From: a virus
Lineage: Duplodnaviria > Caudoviricetes
Reading direction: 5' to 3' (one strand)
Virus record (IMG/VR): IMGVR_UViG_3300043411_000844
Location: 1 to 63,975 of that record
DNA: 63,975 nt
A program made the translations under genes and the position numbers. Below are positions 18,914 through 28,480 of the stretch, in pieces. Position 1 is the first letter of the stretch. Every line of letters starts with the position of its first letter. Below the pieces are notes generated by a model. That model had not been told where the DNA came from, made no database searches, and saw nothing but the letters and a program-made list of their open reading frames with translations.

Positions 18914-19413
18914 ACCTGACGAGGATCGATCGCTACCTGCTCTGTGCCGGCGTTCTGCACTCGTCTCACATCGTCGACCAGTCCTACGAGGATCAGCACA
19001 TGAGCCTCGAGGTCAACCTACTCGACCCGGTGAACCTCTGCGAAAAAATCTTCGCCCTAAATTCGCGCGCCCGGATCTGCGTCATCGGTTCGGAGAGCGG
19101 TTTCTCCTGGTCCTACGATGGGGTCTATGCCGCGTCGAAAGCCGCGCTGCACAGATACGTCGAGACGAGGCCGCTACAACCCGATCAGCAACTCGTCTGC
19201 ATCGCGCCCGGCATCATCGGTGACGCTGGCATGACGACGCGGCGCAAGGACAAGGACCGGCTCGCCGAGCGCGAGAAGGCGCATCCGAAGGGCCGGTTCC
19301 TGATGGCGCATGAAGTGGCGGCGATGGCGCATCACCTGCTGTTCGTCGACGACGGTTACACGTCTGGCGTTGTCATCCGCATGAATGGGGGCGAGCACAC
19401 ATGCAGACGGTAG
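18820..19413 (+). CDS. Short-chain dehydrogenase/reductase
   Basis: GVTG, CAG, EVN, VIGS, YAASK catalytic motif, IAPG, MNGG. Confidence 0.85.
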   Translation: MELGVTGYRSQIVQEISEYDGIKVQRLSPRIDLTRIDRYLLCAGVLHSSHIVDQSYEDQHMSLEVNLLDPVNLCEKIFALNSRARICVIGSESGFSWSYDGVYAASKAALHRYVETRPLQPDQQLVCIAPGIIGDAGMTTRRKDKDRLAEREKAHPKGRFLMAHEVAAMAHHLLFVDDGYTSGVVIRMNGGEHTCRR

Positions 19414-20159
19414 TCGTGACCGGATGGCATGCGAAAGGGTTCAAAGAGTTCGCGCACCGTTTCGTCGACAGTTTCGACCGTTTCTGGCCCGGAAACATTC
19501 CGCTCGCCTGCTACGTCGAAGTCTTCGTGCCGATCCCGCGCGGCGAGATGCATCACCGCGACGAGTGCGCCGGCCTCAAGGATTTCCTCGCCGAGAACTC
19601 TGGAAACTATCTCCTCAACGGCCGCGAGCCGAACGACAGTTGGAAACCTCGCGACCGTGAGAGCGGATACAACTGGCGCTTCGATGCCGTCCGCTTCTGC
19701 AAGCAACTCTGCTACCCGGCCGCGATCGCTTCGACGTTTCCGGCTACGAGCGACATTGCGCTCGCCTGGTTCGATGCCGACGTCGTCACCTACAAGCCGG
19801 TGCCTGAGGACATGATCGAGCGCTTCCTCGGCGATCATGATCTCGTCTACCTCGGCCGGCCGGGCAAGCATTCCGAGATCGGCTTCTGGGCAGTTCGGCT
19901 CAATTCCCGGACGCGGGCCTTCCTCAAGGACTTGGCGTCAGCCTATCCGAGCGGCCGGTTCCGCGAGTTCAAGGAATGGCATTCGGCCTATGTCTTCGAT
20001 CGCATCCGTGAGGAGCACGAAGCCAATGGCTTGAAGGCGCACAACTTGACGCCGAACGGCCGCGGTCACGTCTGGTTCCAGCACGAGATCGGCCTCTACA
20101 CCGATCACTGCAAGGGCAACCGCAAGGTCGCCGGCATCTCCCCGGAGCGGCCGCGGTGA
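19401..20159 (+). CDS. GT-A fold nucleotide-sugar transferase-like protein
   Basis: VVTGW...WRFDAVRFCK...AWFDAD (DxD)...SEIGF...EWHSAYVFD...DHCKG. Confidence 0.75.
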   Translation: MQTVVVTGWHAKGFKEFAHRFVDSFDRFWPGNIPLACYVEVFVPIPRGEMHHRDECAGLKDFLAENSGNYLLNGREPNDSWKPRDRESGYNWRFDAVRFCKQLCYPAAIASTFPATSDIALAWFDADVVTYKPVPEDMIERFLGDHDLVYLGRPGKHSEIGFWAVRLNSRTRAFLKDLASAYPSGRFREFKEWHSAYVFDRIREEHEANGLKAHNLTPNGRGHVWFQHEIGLYTDHCKGNRKVAGISPERPR

Positions 20160-21655
20160 ACCTCGACAATCTGCCGGTCGAAAAGCTCCTCGCGGAAGCG
20201 CTCAGGCGCATCGAGCGGAGGAAGGTCTACTCCTATCTGCCCTTTGGCCATCCCGACACGCTCTGCCCCACCGGCAAGGTGTGGAAGCGCAGGCGCGACG
20301 AGGGCAAGTGGTTCGAGTGGTCGAACGATCCGTGGCAGTTGGATTTCCATCAAGCCGGCCGGTACGCCAGCGAGCGGATGCTCCGGTGCGCGAACCGCGT
20401 CGGCAAGACGTTGTCTGCCGCGGCCGAAGTCGCCTATCACCTGACGGGCGACTATCCCGACTGGTGGGAGGGGCATCGCTTCAAGCACCACATTCTCTGC
20501 TGGGCTGGCGCGATCACGAACGAGACGAACCGCGACATCGTCCAGAAGGAATTGCTCGGCGGCACCGGTGAGTCCTTCGGCACCGGCATGATCCCCGGCC
20601 ACCTGATGAAGCCGCCCCAGATGCGGCAGGCCGGCGTCTCCGATGTCGTCGACACCGTCAAGGTCCAGCACGTCAACGGCAAGCATTCGACCCTGATCTT
20701 CAAGACCTACGATCAGGGCTGGCTCAAGTGGCAGGGCGCGGCTCCCGATCTCGTCTGGCTCGACGAGGAGCCGGACGACATGAAGATCTTCACGGAAGCC
20801 CGCACGCGCTTGCTCACCACGCGCGGCCGGCTGATCGTCACGTTTACTCCGTTGCAAGGCCAGACCGAGCTCGTCGATCACTTCCAGAACGCGACCTCGA
20901 CGTCGATCTGGATGCGTACGGCAACCTGGAACGATGTTCCGCACCTGTCGCCGGACGACAAGCGGGACATTCTCGAAAGCTATCCCGACTACGAACGGGA
21001 GGCGCGCTCGCAAGGCGTGCCGATGATGGGCGAGGGCCGCATCTTCACGACCGGCGAGGACGACATCAAGGTCCAGCCGTTCGCGATCCCCGGCTCGTGG
21101 GCGAGGATCAAGGGTATCGACTTCGGCGTCGATCATCCGGCGACCTGTGCCGACATCGCCTGGGACCGCGACAAGGACGTGCTCTACGTCACGCGCACCT
21201 GGCGCAAGTCGGGGTCGGACGTGACCGAGCACTCGAGCGCCATCGAAGACACGTCGCCCTGGGTGCCGGTCGCCTGGCCCCATGACGGCACGAACCGGGA
21301 GAAGTCCAACGGCCGGATGCTGAAGGACCACTACATCGAGAAGCGCCTTCGGATGCTCTCGCTCTCGGCCCGCTACGACAACAAGAAGGGCGGCGGCCAG
21401 CCGGTCGAGCCGATCCTGGTCGAAGTGCAGAAGCGCATGGCCGACGGCCGCTTCAAGGTGTTCGCTTCCTGCACCGAGTTTTTTGACGAGATGCGCACCT
21501 ATCACCGCAAGGAAGGCAAGATCGTCGCCAAGCGTGACGATGTTCTGAAGGCGGTGTTCTACGGCGTCATGATGCGCCGCTTCGCCATCTCTGAGTTTGC
21601 AGCGCGCATCCGGCGCGCGGGTCCATCCAGCGCCTACGACAAGGCAATCGTATGA
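20156..21655 (+). CDS. terL: Terminase large subunit (P22-like)
   Basis: ANRVGKT Walker A, VWLDEE Walker B, TFTP motif, GIDFG nuclease. Confidence 0.95.
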   Translation: MNLDNLPVEKLLAEALRRIERRKVYSYLPFGHPDTLCPTGKVWKRRRDEGKWFEWSNDPWQLDFHQAGRYASERMLRCANRVGKTLSAAAEVAYHLTGDYPDWWEGHRFKHHILCWAGAITNETNRDIVQKELLGGTGESFGTGMIPGHLMKPPQMRQAGVSDVVDTVKVQHVNGKHSTLIFKTYDQGWLKWQGAAPDLVWLDEEPDDMKIFTEARTRLLTTRGRLIVTFTPLQGQTELVDHFQNATSTSIWMRTATWNDVPHLSPDDKRDILESYPDYEREARSQGVPMMGEGRIFTTGEDDIKVQPFAIPGSWARIKGIDFGVDHPATCADIAWDRDKDVLYVTRTWRKSGSDVTEHSSAIEDTSPWVPVAWPHDGTNREKSNGRMLKDHYIEKRLRMLSLSARYDNKKGGGQPVEPILVEVQKRMADGRFKVFASCTEFFDEMRTYHRKEGKIVAKRDDVLKAVFYGVMMRRFAISEFAARIRRAGPSSAYDKAIV

Positions 21656-21951
21656 AACGACAGGGCTTCGAGCGCATCGTGCGCGACAGCAGGCTTTCTC
21701 CGGTCCACCGCGAGGAGCGCTCCAATCACCTGATCCTCGTCGCCGACGGCTGGCTCCAGGATCATCCCGAGCACCGCGGGCCCCACTACAAGACGGTCTG
21801 GGGCGTCGGCAAGAACGAGAACGATATGCGGGTCGGACGGGCCCTCTACTTCACTGGCGGCGTCGGCTCCTCGACGCGCCAGGACAGATTGGCAGCGGCG
21901 TTGAAAGACGCGCGCGAGATGGCGGATGGGCTCAATGGCCGGCGACTCTGA
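21652..21951 (+). CDS. Hypothetical protein
   Basis: ATGA-coupled to terL. Confidence 0.55.
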   Translation: MKRQGFERIVRDSRLSPVHREERSNHLILVADGWLQDHPEHRGPHYKTVWGVGKNENDMRVGRALYFTGGVGSSTRQDRLAAALKDAREMADGLNGRRL

Positions 21952-23845
21952 GACACTGAAGGTCGAGCAGAACCCGCCCAAGAAGGGCAAGAAGTTTTCG
22001 CAGAAGGACTTCGACCTGATCGCTGAGTTCGTGCGCGAGGAGCTCGGCCGCCGGCAGAACAACCGCAAGGATGCCGAGCGCGACTGGAAGGAGATCGACC
22101 GCCAGCTTCGCATGGAGCCGGACGTCTCCTACAAGTTCGACGCACAGGGGCGCAAGAAGCCCGGCATGGCCTGGATGCCCGAGATCGAGCTGCCGTTGCA
22201 AGCGCAGACGCTGGAGACGCTGACGGCCGATAGCCGCCGTCTGATGGCGCCTGACACCGGCTCCTGGTTCCGCGCGCACGCGCTGACGACAGACGAGTAT
22301 TTCGCTAAGGCCGAGGCCGAGATCAAGGTCTCCGGCGTCGATCAGACCGCGCCGATCAAGCTGCGGCAGGACGATGTCGACCGTGTGGTCGAGAGCGTCA
22401 TCCGCGATCTGCATTCCCAGCAGGGCGGCTGGTGGGACCAGTGGGACCAGTTCAACGCCGAAGCCTTCTCCTATGGCACCGGAATCGGCCGCGTGCGCAT
22501 GGCCGAGCGGTTGGTCTATGTCGAGACGGCGCGCGGCATGGCGCGACGCAAGAGCCTGATCCCGGTCTTCTTTGCCCGCTCGATCAAGGAGACCTACCTC
22601 GACGACACGCCGCATCGGGTCATGAACGAGGGGCAGCTCATCGGCCCCGGCGTCATCCACACGAAGCGCCAGCTTCTGGCCGACATCGTCATGGCGGCTG
22701 GCAAGGGCTCGAATGAGCCGACGGACGAGAACGGCGGCTGGATGTCGAAGGCCCTGAAGGGTGTCGAGGGTGACGCTCAGGGCCTCGTCGATGTCATCGA
22801 GTGGGAAGGCGATCTACTGGTGCCGCGCACCGGGCGCTCGTCGATCTTCATTCCGGGCTCGATCGTCACCGTGCTCGTCGGCAAGGGCGCGCCCAAGGTC
22901 TTCCGCTTCCGCTTCAGGAAGTACGAGTTTTCGAGCTACGTCTCGCAGCCCTATCACATCGAAAGCCTTGGCAGCCCCTACGGCGTCGGGCCGCTGCAGA
23001 AGGGCCGGCCGCTGCAATCGGGCGCGACGCACACCTTCTGCCGGTTGCTGCAGTCGGCGATCCTCAATGTCGAGCCGCCGGTCTCCTATCCGTCGGATGA
23101 CGCGGCGTTCTCCTCCACCGGCGGGCCGATCATCGAGCCGCGCGCGCTGTGGCCGACTACGGGTGAGGTCAAGCCGCACCTGATCGGCAACCCGACGGCG
23201 CTGCTCTCGGTCTATCAGGCGATCCTGACGCACTACTCCGACGTCACCGGCGTGAATGCGCCGCGGCTCGGCGCACAGGGGCTCTCGCACACGACCGCCT
23301 ACTCGAAAGAGCAGGAGCTTCAGCGCGGCCAGATCAGGACCGTCGACTACGTGCGCTCGGTCATGGACAACCCATTGCAGGCCGTCATCGACCGGCAGAT
23401 GCGGATGGCGCGCGGGGCCTGGACCGGCGAGCGCGCGGTCTGGGTCGCCGACTACGGCGGCTACGCCACGCTGACGAAGAACTGCATCCCCGAGGATGCG
23501 ATCTTCGAGGTGTTCGGCGCGGCGGGCCCGGCGGAAGCCAAGGCCAAGACGAGCGAGCAGATCCAAGCGATCCAGGTCGTGGCCCAGATGGAGGCTGCGA
23601 AGATGCAGCTTCAGCAGGGTCCGGCGCTCGACTTCGCCGCACTGCAAAAGCGCATCCTCGAGAAGGGCGGCTTCACCGATGTCGAACAATTCTTTGCCAG
23701 CGCACCTGCTGGTGCGCCTCAACCTCCTCCGGGGGGACCCGGAGTTCCGGCAAATGCTGGAGGCGCTCAAGGCGGACCCCAAATCCAAGGCGCCGTTTCA
23801 GCGCTACAGCCCATCAGCAACGGGCAGCTCGCAGAAGCAGCTTAA
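21926..23845 (+). CDS. Portal protein
   Basis: 639 aa after terL; YGTGI and PYGVGPL patterns, Q/P-rich tail; synteny. Confidence 0.8.
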   Translation: MGSMAGDSETLKVEQNPPKKGKKFSQKDFDLIAEFVREELGRRQNNRKDAERDWKEIDRQLRMEPDVSYKFDAQGRKKPGMAWMPEIELPLQAQTLETLTADSRRLMAPDTGSWFRAHALTTDEYFAKAEAEIKVSGVDQTAPIKLRQDDVDRVVESVIRDLHSQQGGWWDQWDQFNAEAFSYGTGIGRVRMAERLVYVETARGMARRKSLIPVFFARSIKETYLDDTPHRVMNEGQLIGPGVIHTKRQLLADIVMAAGKGSNEPTDENGGWMSKALKGVEGDAQGLVDVIEWEGDLLVPRTGRSSIFIPGSIVTVLVGKGAPKVFRFRFRKYEFSSYVSQPYHIESLGSPYGVGPLQKGRPLQSGATHTFCRLLQSAILNVEPPVSYPSDDAAFSSTGGPIIEPRALWPTTGEVKPHLIGNPTALLSVYQAILTHYSDVTGVNAPRLGAQGLSHTTAYSKEQELQRGQIRTVDYVRSVMDNPLQAVIDRQMRMARGAWTGERAVWVADYGGYATLTKNCIPEDAIFEVFGAAGPAEAKAKTSEQIQAIQVVAQMEAAKMQLQQGPALDFAALQKRILEKGGFTDVEQFFASAPAGAPQPPPGGPGVPANAGGAQGGPQIQGAVSALQPISNGQLAEAA

Positions 23846-23930
23846 TCGGTTCGTCTACCAGTCCGGCTATCACGACGGCTGGGAGATGTTGTTCCGCGTC
23901 CTCACCTCTCCTGAAAGGGAAACACAGTGA
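23679..23930 (+). CDS. Small hypothetical protein overlapping the portal 3' end
   Basis: Protein-like ORF whose stop overlaps the scaffold GTG. Confidence 0.5.
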   Translation: MSNNSLPAHLLVRLNLLRGDPEFRQMLEALKADPKSKAPFQRYSPSATGSSQKQLNRFVYQSGYHDGWEMLFRVLTSPERETQ

Positions 23931-24568
23931 CCATCGAGACCACGCAACCCGTGACCAGCAACGCCTCCGCTCAGGTTCAGCCTGACGCCTCGGCTCAGAA
24001 CGCTGGTGGCACGCAGACGCAAAGCCTGGAAGACATTCTGGCGGAGTTCTCCTCACCCGAGGAGACGCCGGCAGAGGTTTCCAAACCCGAGACCAAGCCG
24101 ACCGAGACCTCAGCGTCAAAGCCGGCCGCCTCGATCGCAGACCCAGACATCAAGGCAATGAAGGACAAGCTCGACGCCTTGGAGCGCACGGAGAGCCGCA
24201 AGCAGCTCGAGACCGTCATCGGCCGCATCAAGGGGGATGCCCAAGTGGACCCCGATATGGTCGAGGCGTATCTCAATCTGCAGGCGCGCAAGAACCCCGC
24301 GCTTTCCACGGCATACGTCAACCGGGACAAGAACCCGGCGGCGTGGGCGAAGGTAGAGTCCCAGCTTGCCAAGGACATCCGCGCCAAATTCGGCGGCGGT
24401 GGGCAGACGATCGACACGGCGGTTACGGAGTCGCGAGAGGCCATGGCGGCAGCGGTGCGGGGATCCTCAACCGCAGCGAAGCAGGGCGAGATTTCCGACA
24501 AGGACGTGATGAACATGTCCACGGCGGATTTCAACGCGCTCCAGCGAAAGATGGGCGTTCGCCCCTGA
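23927..24568 (+). CDS. Capsid scaffolding protein
   Basis: Low-complexity N-terminus, helical, directly before the capsid gene. Confidence 0.7.
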   Translation: MTIETTQPVTSNASAQVQPDASAQNAGGTQTQSLEDILAEFSSPEETPAEVSKPETKPTETSASKPAASIADPDIKAMKDKLDALERTESRKQLETVIGRIKGDAQVDPDMVEAYLNLQARKNPALSTAYVNRDKNPAAWAKVESQLAKDIRAKFGGGGQTIDTAVTESREAMAAAVRGSSTAAKQGEISDKDVMNMSTADFNALQRKMGVRP

Positions 24569-24597
24569 CGCTGCTCTTTTAGAGAAAGAGCACGACA

Positions 24598-25653
24598 ATG
24601 TCTCTCACGACCACGACACAGATCACCCGCGCGGTGAATGTGATGTTCATGCGCCGGTTCCTCGAGCGCGCGAACTACCGGACGCACTACTTCAACGGTA
24701 CGGCGCCCGGCAATCTGTCTCGCAATGGCGGCACCGTCACGGCTATGTGGCGCCGCATCGAGCATCTGACGCCGTCGACCACGACGCTGTCGGAGATCTC
24801 GGCCGAGACCTATCCGACCCGCAACGGCGTCCAGCCGAGCGTGACGGACGTGACGAAGGCCGTCGCGAAGTATGGCACCCACATCCTCTTGACCGAGGAA
24901 GCGGACATCCAGAACTTCAACGGCACCACCGCCGAGTTGCTCGACATCCTGGCCGCCAACGCCGGGCGCTCGATCAACATGGTCGTCCGCAACGAGATGG
25001 AAGACAACGCCACCCTCGTCTACGCGGCCGGCAACTGCGACGGTGAGAACGGTGCGATCATCACCACGGCTGCGCTGGAGAGTGTCATCAACACGCTCAA
25101 CCGCAACGTCGCGGAGCCCTTCTTGGCGATGACCACCGGCTCGACCAATGTCGGCACCTCGCCGATCCTGCCGGCGTACTACGCCATCTGCCACCCTGAC
25201 GTGGCGCATGACGTGGCTGGCCTCACCGGCTTCAAGTCGGTCGAGACCTATGCCGGCCAGGTGCAGGTGCTGCCGGGTGAGTTCGGCTACTACGGCCGCG
25301 GCGGCTACGGCATTCGCTTCATGGCGACGCCGGATGCCTCCATCGATCTCGCCTCGGGCGGCACGAACTCGGGCAAGCGTGGCTCGGACGCCAACGCCGA
25401 TCTCTACACGACCGTGGTCTTCGGCAAGAACGCCGTCGGCACGATCGGCTTCGGCAACGCTCTCCCCGACTCCGTCATGGATGCGGACGAGAAGATGTCG
25501 ATGATCGAGATCATCAACAAGCCGCGCGGTTCTGCCGGTACGGCCGATCCGCTCAACGAGCTGTCGACCATGGGCTGGAAAGCCTGGGCTGGCGCAAAGG
25601 TGTTGAATTCCGGCTGGATCCGCGGCATTCGCTCCGCGGCCACCGAGCTCTGA
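24598..25653 (+). CDS. Major capsid protein (N4-gp56-like)
   Basis: KYG, AICHPDVAHD, GEFG...IRF, DPLNELSTMGWKA; biased codon use. Confidence 0.9.
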   Translation: MSLTTTTQITRAVNVMFMRRFLERANYRTHYFNGTAPGNLSRNGGTVTAMWRRIEHLTPSTTTLSEISAETYPTRNGVQPSVTDVTKAVAKYGTHILLTEEADIQNFNGTTAELLDILAANAGRSINMVVRNEMEDNATLVYAAGNCDGENGAIITTAALESVINTLNRNVAEPFLAMTTGSTNVGTSPILPAYYAICHPDVAHDVAGLTGFKSVETYAGQVQVLPGEFGYYGRGGYGIRFMATPDASIDLASGGTNSGKRGSDANADLYTTVVFGKNAVGTIGFGNALPDSVMDADEKMSMIEIINKPRGSAGTADPLNELSTMGWKAWAGAKVLNSGWIRGIRSAATEL

Positions 25654-25731
25654 TCGGGCTAGCAGCGTAACAGACGATAGGGCCGGGGGCTTGTTGCTCC
25701 CGGCTTTTCCATTTCAAACCATGAGGCCACG

Positions 25732-26232
25732 ATGGGAATCGCAAGTCAGCCAGATAGCCCAGAGAATATCGCGCACCGAGCCGGGCGCGACATCTACGGC
25801 TCGATGGTGGGCGGCTTCCGCCGCACCGAGATCGCTCGCATCTGCAACGCCTGGAATGTGCCGGTTGCCGCCGGTGCGACCAAGGAGGAGATGCTCGCCG
25901 CTCTGAAGCCGCTCGAGGCGAAGGGCGTCGATCTGCTGCGGCCTCCGGTCAAAATGCCTGAGCGCGCCAGCTATCAAGGCGAATCCAAAGCCGAGACGAT
26001 CACCGAGGCCGAGCGCGCGCGCGCCGCCAAGGCAGACGCCGAGATCAAGCAGGCCGAGCTTCGCGCCAAGTTCCCGGCGCTGCGCAAGCAGCTCGCCGAC
26101 CTGCAGATTGGCAAGCTCCGCGCCTTCGCCAAGACGATCGGCATTCCCGGCCGGCCGACCGACAAGCGCGACGACATCATCGACAAGATCATCGAGCTCA
26201 AGGCCGATGAAGCCGAGGCAGCGCTCGCATGA
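25732..26232 (+). CDS. Hypothetical virion-associated protein with small helical (HeH/Rho-N-like) repeats
   Basis: ATKEEMLAAL and KLRAFAKTIGI...KRDDIIDKI. Confidence 0.55.
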   Translation: MGIASQPDSPENIAHRAGRDIYGSMVGGFRRTEIARICNAWNVPVAAGATKEEMLAALKPLEAKGVDLLRPPVKMPERASYQGESKAETITEAERARAAKADAEIKQAELRAKFPALRKQLADLQIGKLRAFAKTIGIPGRPTDKRDDIIDKIIELKADEAEAALA

Positions 26233-26885
26233 CCACCTTCCTCACGGGCGTTAACGACGTTCTCAACCGGGTCCACATCACGTCGGTCAACGGCCCGATC
26301 ACGTCGTTCACCGACTCTGGGCGCCAGGTTCATATCGATCTCGCCATCCAGCTTTGGAACGAGGCGATCGATACTCTCTACGACATCACGAACACGCCGC
26401 GCGTCCAGGAGACGGCGGTGACGAACATCACTCTCGTCTCGGGCACGCGCGAGTACGATCTCCCGTCGGGCTTCGTGCAAATCCGCTGGCCGCTCGTCAA
26501 CGAGGCGAACGGCTACGAGATCATGGAGTATCCGGGCGGCTACGTGCAGATGCGGCGCGATCAGTTGCAGCCCTCGCAGTGGACGGGCTTGCCGATGTAT
26601 GCGGCGATCAACCCGACCACGGCCGATCTCAGGATGGACCGGGCACCGGATGACGACTCCGACGGTCTCGTGTTCGTTCTGCTCTACGACAAGAACAACG
26701 GCATGTCGGCGATCGCCGATGTGATCCCGGTTCCCAATGATCCCTGCTATCGCGCGCTGGTGGCGGCGATCGCGGAGGTGTGGGAGTTGAAGAAGCGCAA
26801 TGATCTCGAACCCGGCATGTTCCGCTCGAGCCTCGCGCGCGCCGCTTCCTTCATGTCGCAAGCGCCGCGGAGGTCGCATTGGTAG
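26229..26885 (+). CDS. Head-tail adaptor / tail tubular protein A-like
   Basis: FLTGVNDVL...ITLVSGTREYDLPSGF; synteny. Confidence 0.7.
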   Translation: MTTFLTGVNDVLNRVHITSVNGPITSFTDSGRQVHIDLAIQLWNEAIDTLYDITNTPRVQETAVTNITLVSGTREYDLPSGFVQIRWPLVNEANGYEIMEYPGGYVQMRRDQLQPSQWTGLPMYAAINPTTADLRMDRAPDDDSDGLVFVLLYDKNNGMSAIADVIPVPNDPCYRALVAAIAEVWELKKRNDLEPGMFRSSLARAASFMSQAPRRSHW

Positions 26886-28480
26886 GCAAGATCGGGGCGA
26901 AGAAGACAACCCTCGCGCAGAACGATCTCGGCAATCGCATCCGCTTCGGCGGCGGCCTGTCGACGCGCGCTTCGCCGGACGAGGTGAACGAGCGCGACTG
27001 CACGTTGGGCGAGAACTTCTCGCTCGACTACCGCAATTCCGAGTTCCGCAAGCGGAAGCAGTTCGATCTTGCTGGCACCGCGCCCAACGGCGAGCAGATC
27101 CAAGGCTTCGCCCAGCTTATCAAACGCGACGGCACGCGCACGCTGCTCGTGCAGGCGGGCCCGACCGTCTACTCGACCGACTTCACGACATGGACGAGCG
27201 TCGGCACGGTCGACGAGACGGCCAAGCTGCGCGGTCCCCGCACGCATATCTTCGAACTCGACGACGTCGTCATCATCACTGATCTTGCGGGTATCGAGCC
27301 GGTCTACACCTGGAACGGCACGACGTTCGCGGCCATGACGCACAATCTGGCGGGCACCTTCAAGGCGCGCTACTGCATTGTTGCTGACGAACGCGCCTTC
27401 TATACCAACGTCGAAAGCAACTCAGTCGACACCGAGCACCTGATCGTCGGGTCCAAGCGCTCCGACTATGCGACGCTCTCGGTTTCCAATCGGCCGTCCT
27501 CCTCGCTAGGTGCGGCCGATCCGTTCTTTCTGCTCTCGCCTGACACGAAGCAGATCAACGGTTTCGTCGCCGCCTTCGGCCTGATCGCTTTCTCGACCAA
27601 GCGCGGGCAGATGTGGAAGCTCTCGGGCAGCAACGCCACGGACTTCTCGATCGATCCTCTCTACGCGGGCTCGGCCGCCGACGGTGATGAAGCGGTTGCC
27701 TATGTCGGCAACGACGTGCATTTCGGCCGCGCGGGCCGGCTTGAAAGCCTTGCCGCCACCGATCGTTTCGGCGATGTCGAGACCGATGACCTTTCGGTCG
27801 GCATCTCGGAAGACATCACCGATCTGGATGATTGGACGATCGTCTACAACTCGCGCGAGCAGAAGGTCTACTACCACGCCGACGGCGACGAGGCGCTGTG
27901 GGTCTTCCACAAGGCGCTCGCCGGCTCCGATCTCTCGCCCTGGTCGAAGTGGACGACGCGCCACTCGATGGCCTTCAACCCAAACTGCATGATGTCGATG
28001 GTCGATCCGACCGACGGCCTCGAATACGTCTTCTGCGGCGATGACAGCGGCAACGTCTATCGGCTCGACGGGTCGGGCTCTGGCGGCGATGGCGGCACCG
28101 CCTCGATCCGCGCCTTCCGCCGCTCGGCGCTGTTCTCGAGCCCCGGCTTCTCCGAGACCTACGACATGGAGGGGATGCTCAAGTACCGCGCGGGTCTCGC
28201 CGCGTCGGTGACGGTGCGCATTCTCTGGCAGGGCCAGCGGGTCTTCAACACGGTTCTGGACCTCTCGATTCCAGCCGTTACCGACTACGAGTTCTATGGG
28301 GGCAGCAGCTACTATGGCGACGGATCAGTCTACGGCAGCGCGACCGACGGAAAGATCATCCACGAACGGTTCACTGTCCCCGGACAGTCCGCCGACTATC
28401 AGGTCGAAGTCGAGATCGACGGCACCAGTGAGTTCGCCATCACCGAGCTCGCCCTCGCCTTCTCCGTCGCTGGGGGCTAG
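26879..28480 (+). CDS. Tail nozzle / tubular protein B-like (beta-propeller)
   Basis: FGGGL...EN N-terminus, beta-rich, 533 aa; synteny. Confidence 0.7.
   Translation: MVGKIGAKKTTLAQNDLGNRIRFGGGLSTRASPDEVNERDCTLGENFSLDYRNSEFRKRKQFDLAGTAPNGEQIQGFAQLIKRDGTRTLLVQAGPTVYSTDFTTWTSVGTVDETAKLRGPRTHIFELDDVVIITDLAGIEPVYTWNGTTFAAMTHNLAGTFKARYCIVADERAFYTNVESNSVDTEHLIVGSKRSDYATLSVSNRPSSSLGAADPFFLLSPDTKQINGFVAAFGLIAFSTKRGQMWKLSGSNATDFSIDPLYAGSAADGDEAVAYVGNDVHFGRAGRLESLAATDRFGDVETDDLSVGISEDITDLDDWTIVYNSREQKVYYHADGDEALWVFHKALAGSDLSPWSKWTTRHSMAFNPNCMMSMVDPTDGLEYVFCGDDSGNVYRLDGSGSGGDGGTASIRAFRRSALFSSPGFSETYDMEGMLKYRAGLAASVTVRILWQGQRVFNTVLDLSIPAVTDYEFYGGSSYYGDGSVYGSATDGKIIHERFTVPGQSADYQVEVEIDGTSEFAITELALAFSVAGG

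Noticed and set aside
10751-20159. Glycan cluster as captured host capsule locus or gtrABC seroconversion cassette
   Set aside because: No transport, polymerase or membrane components; codon style matches phage late genes and the cluster is coupled to terL
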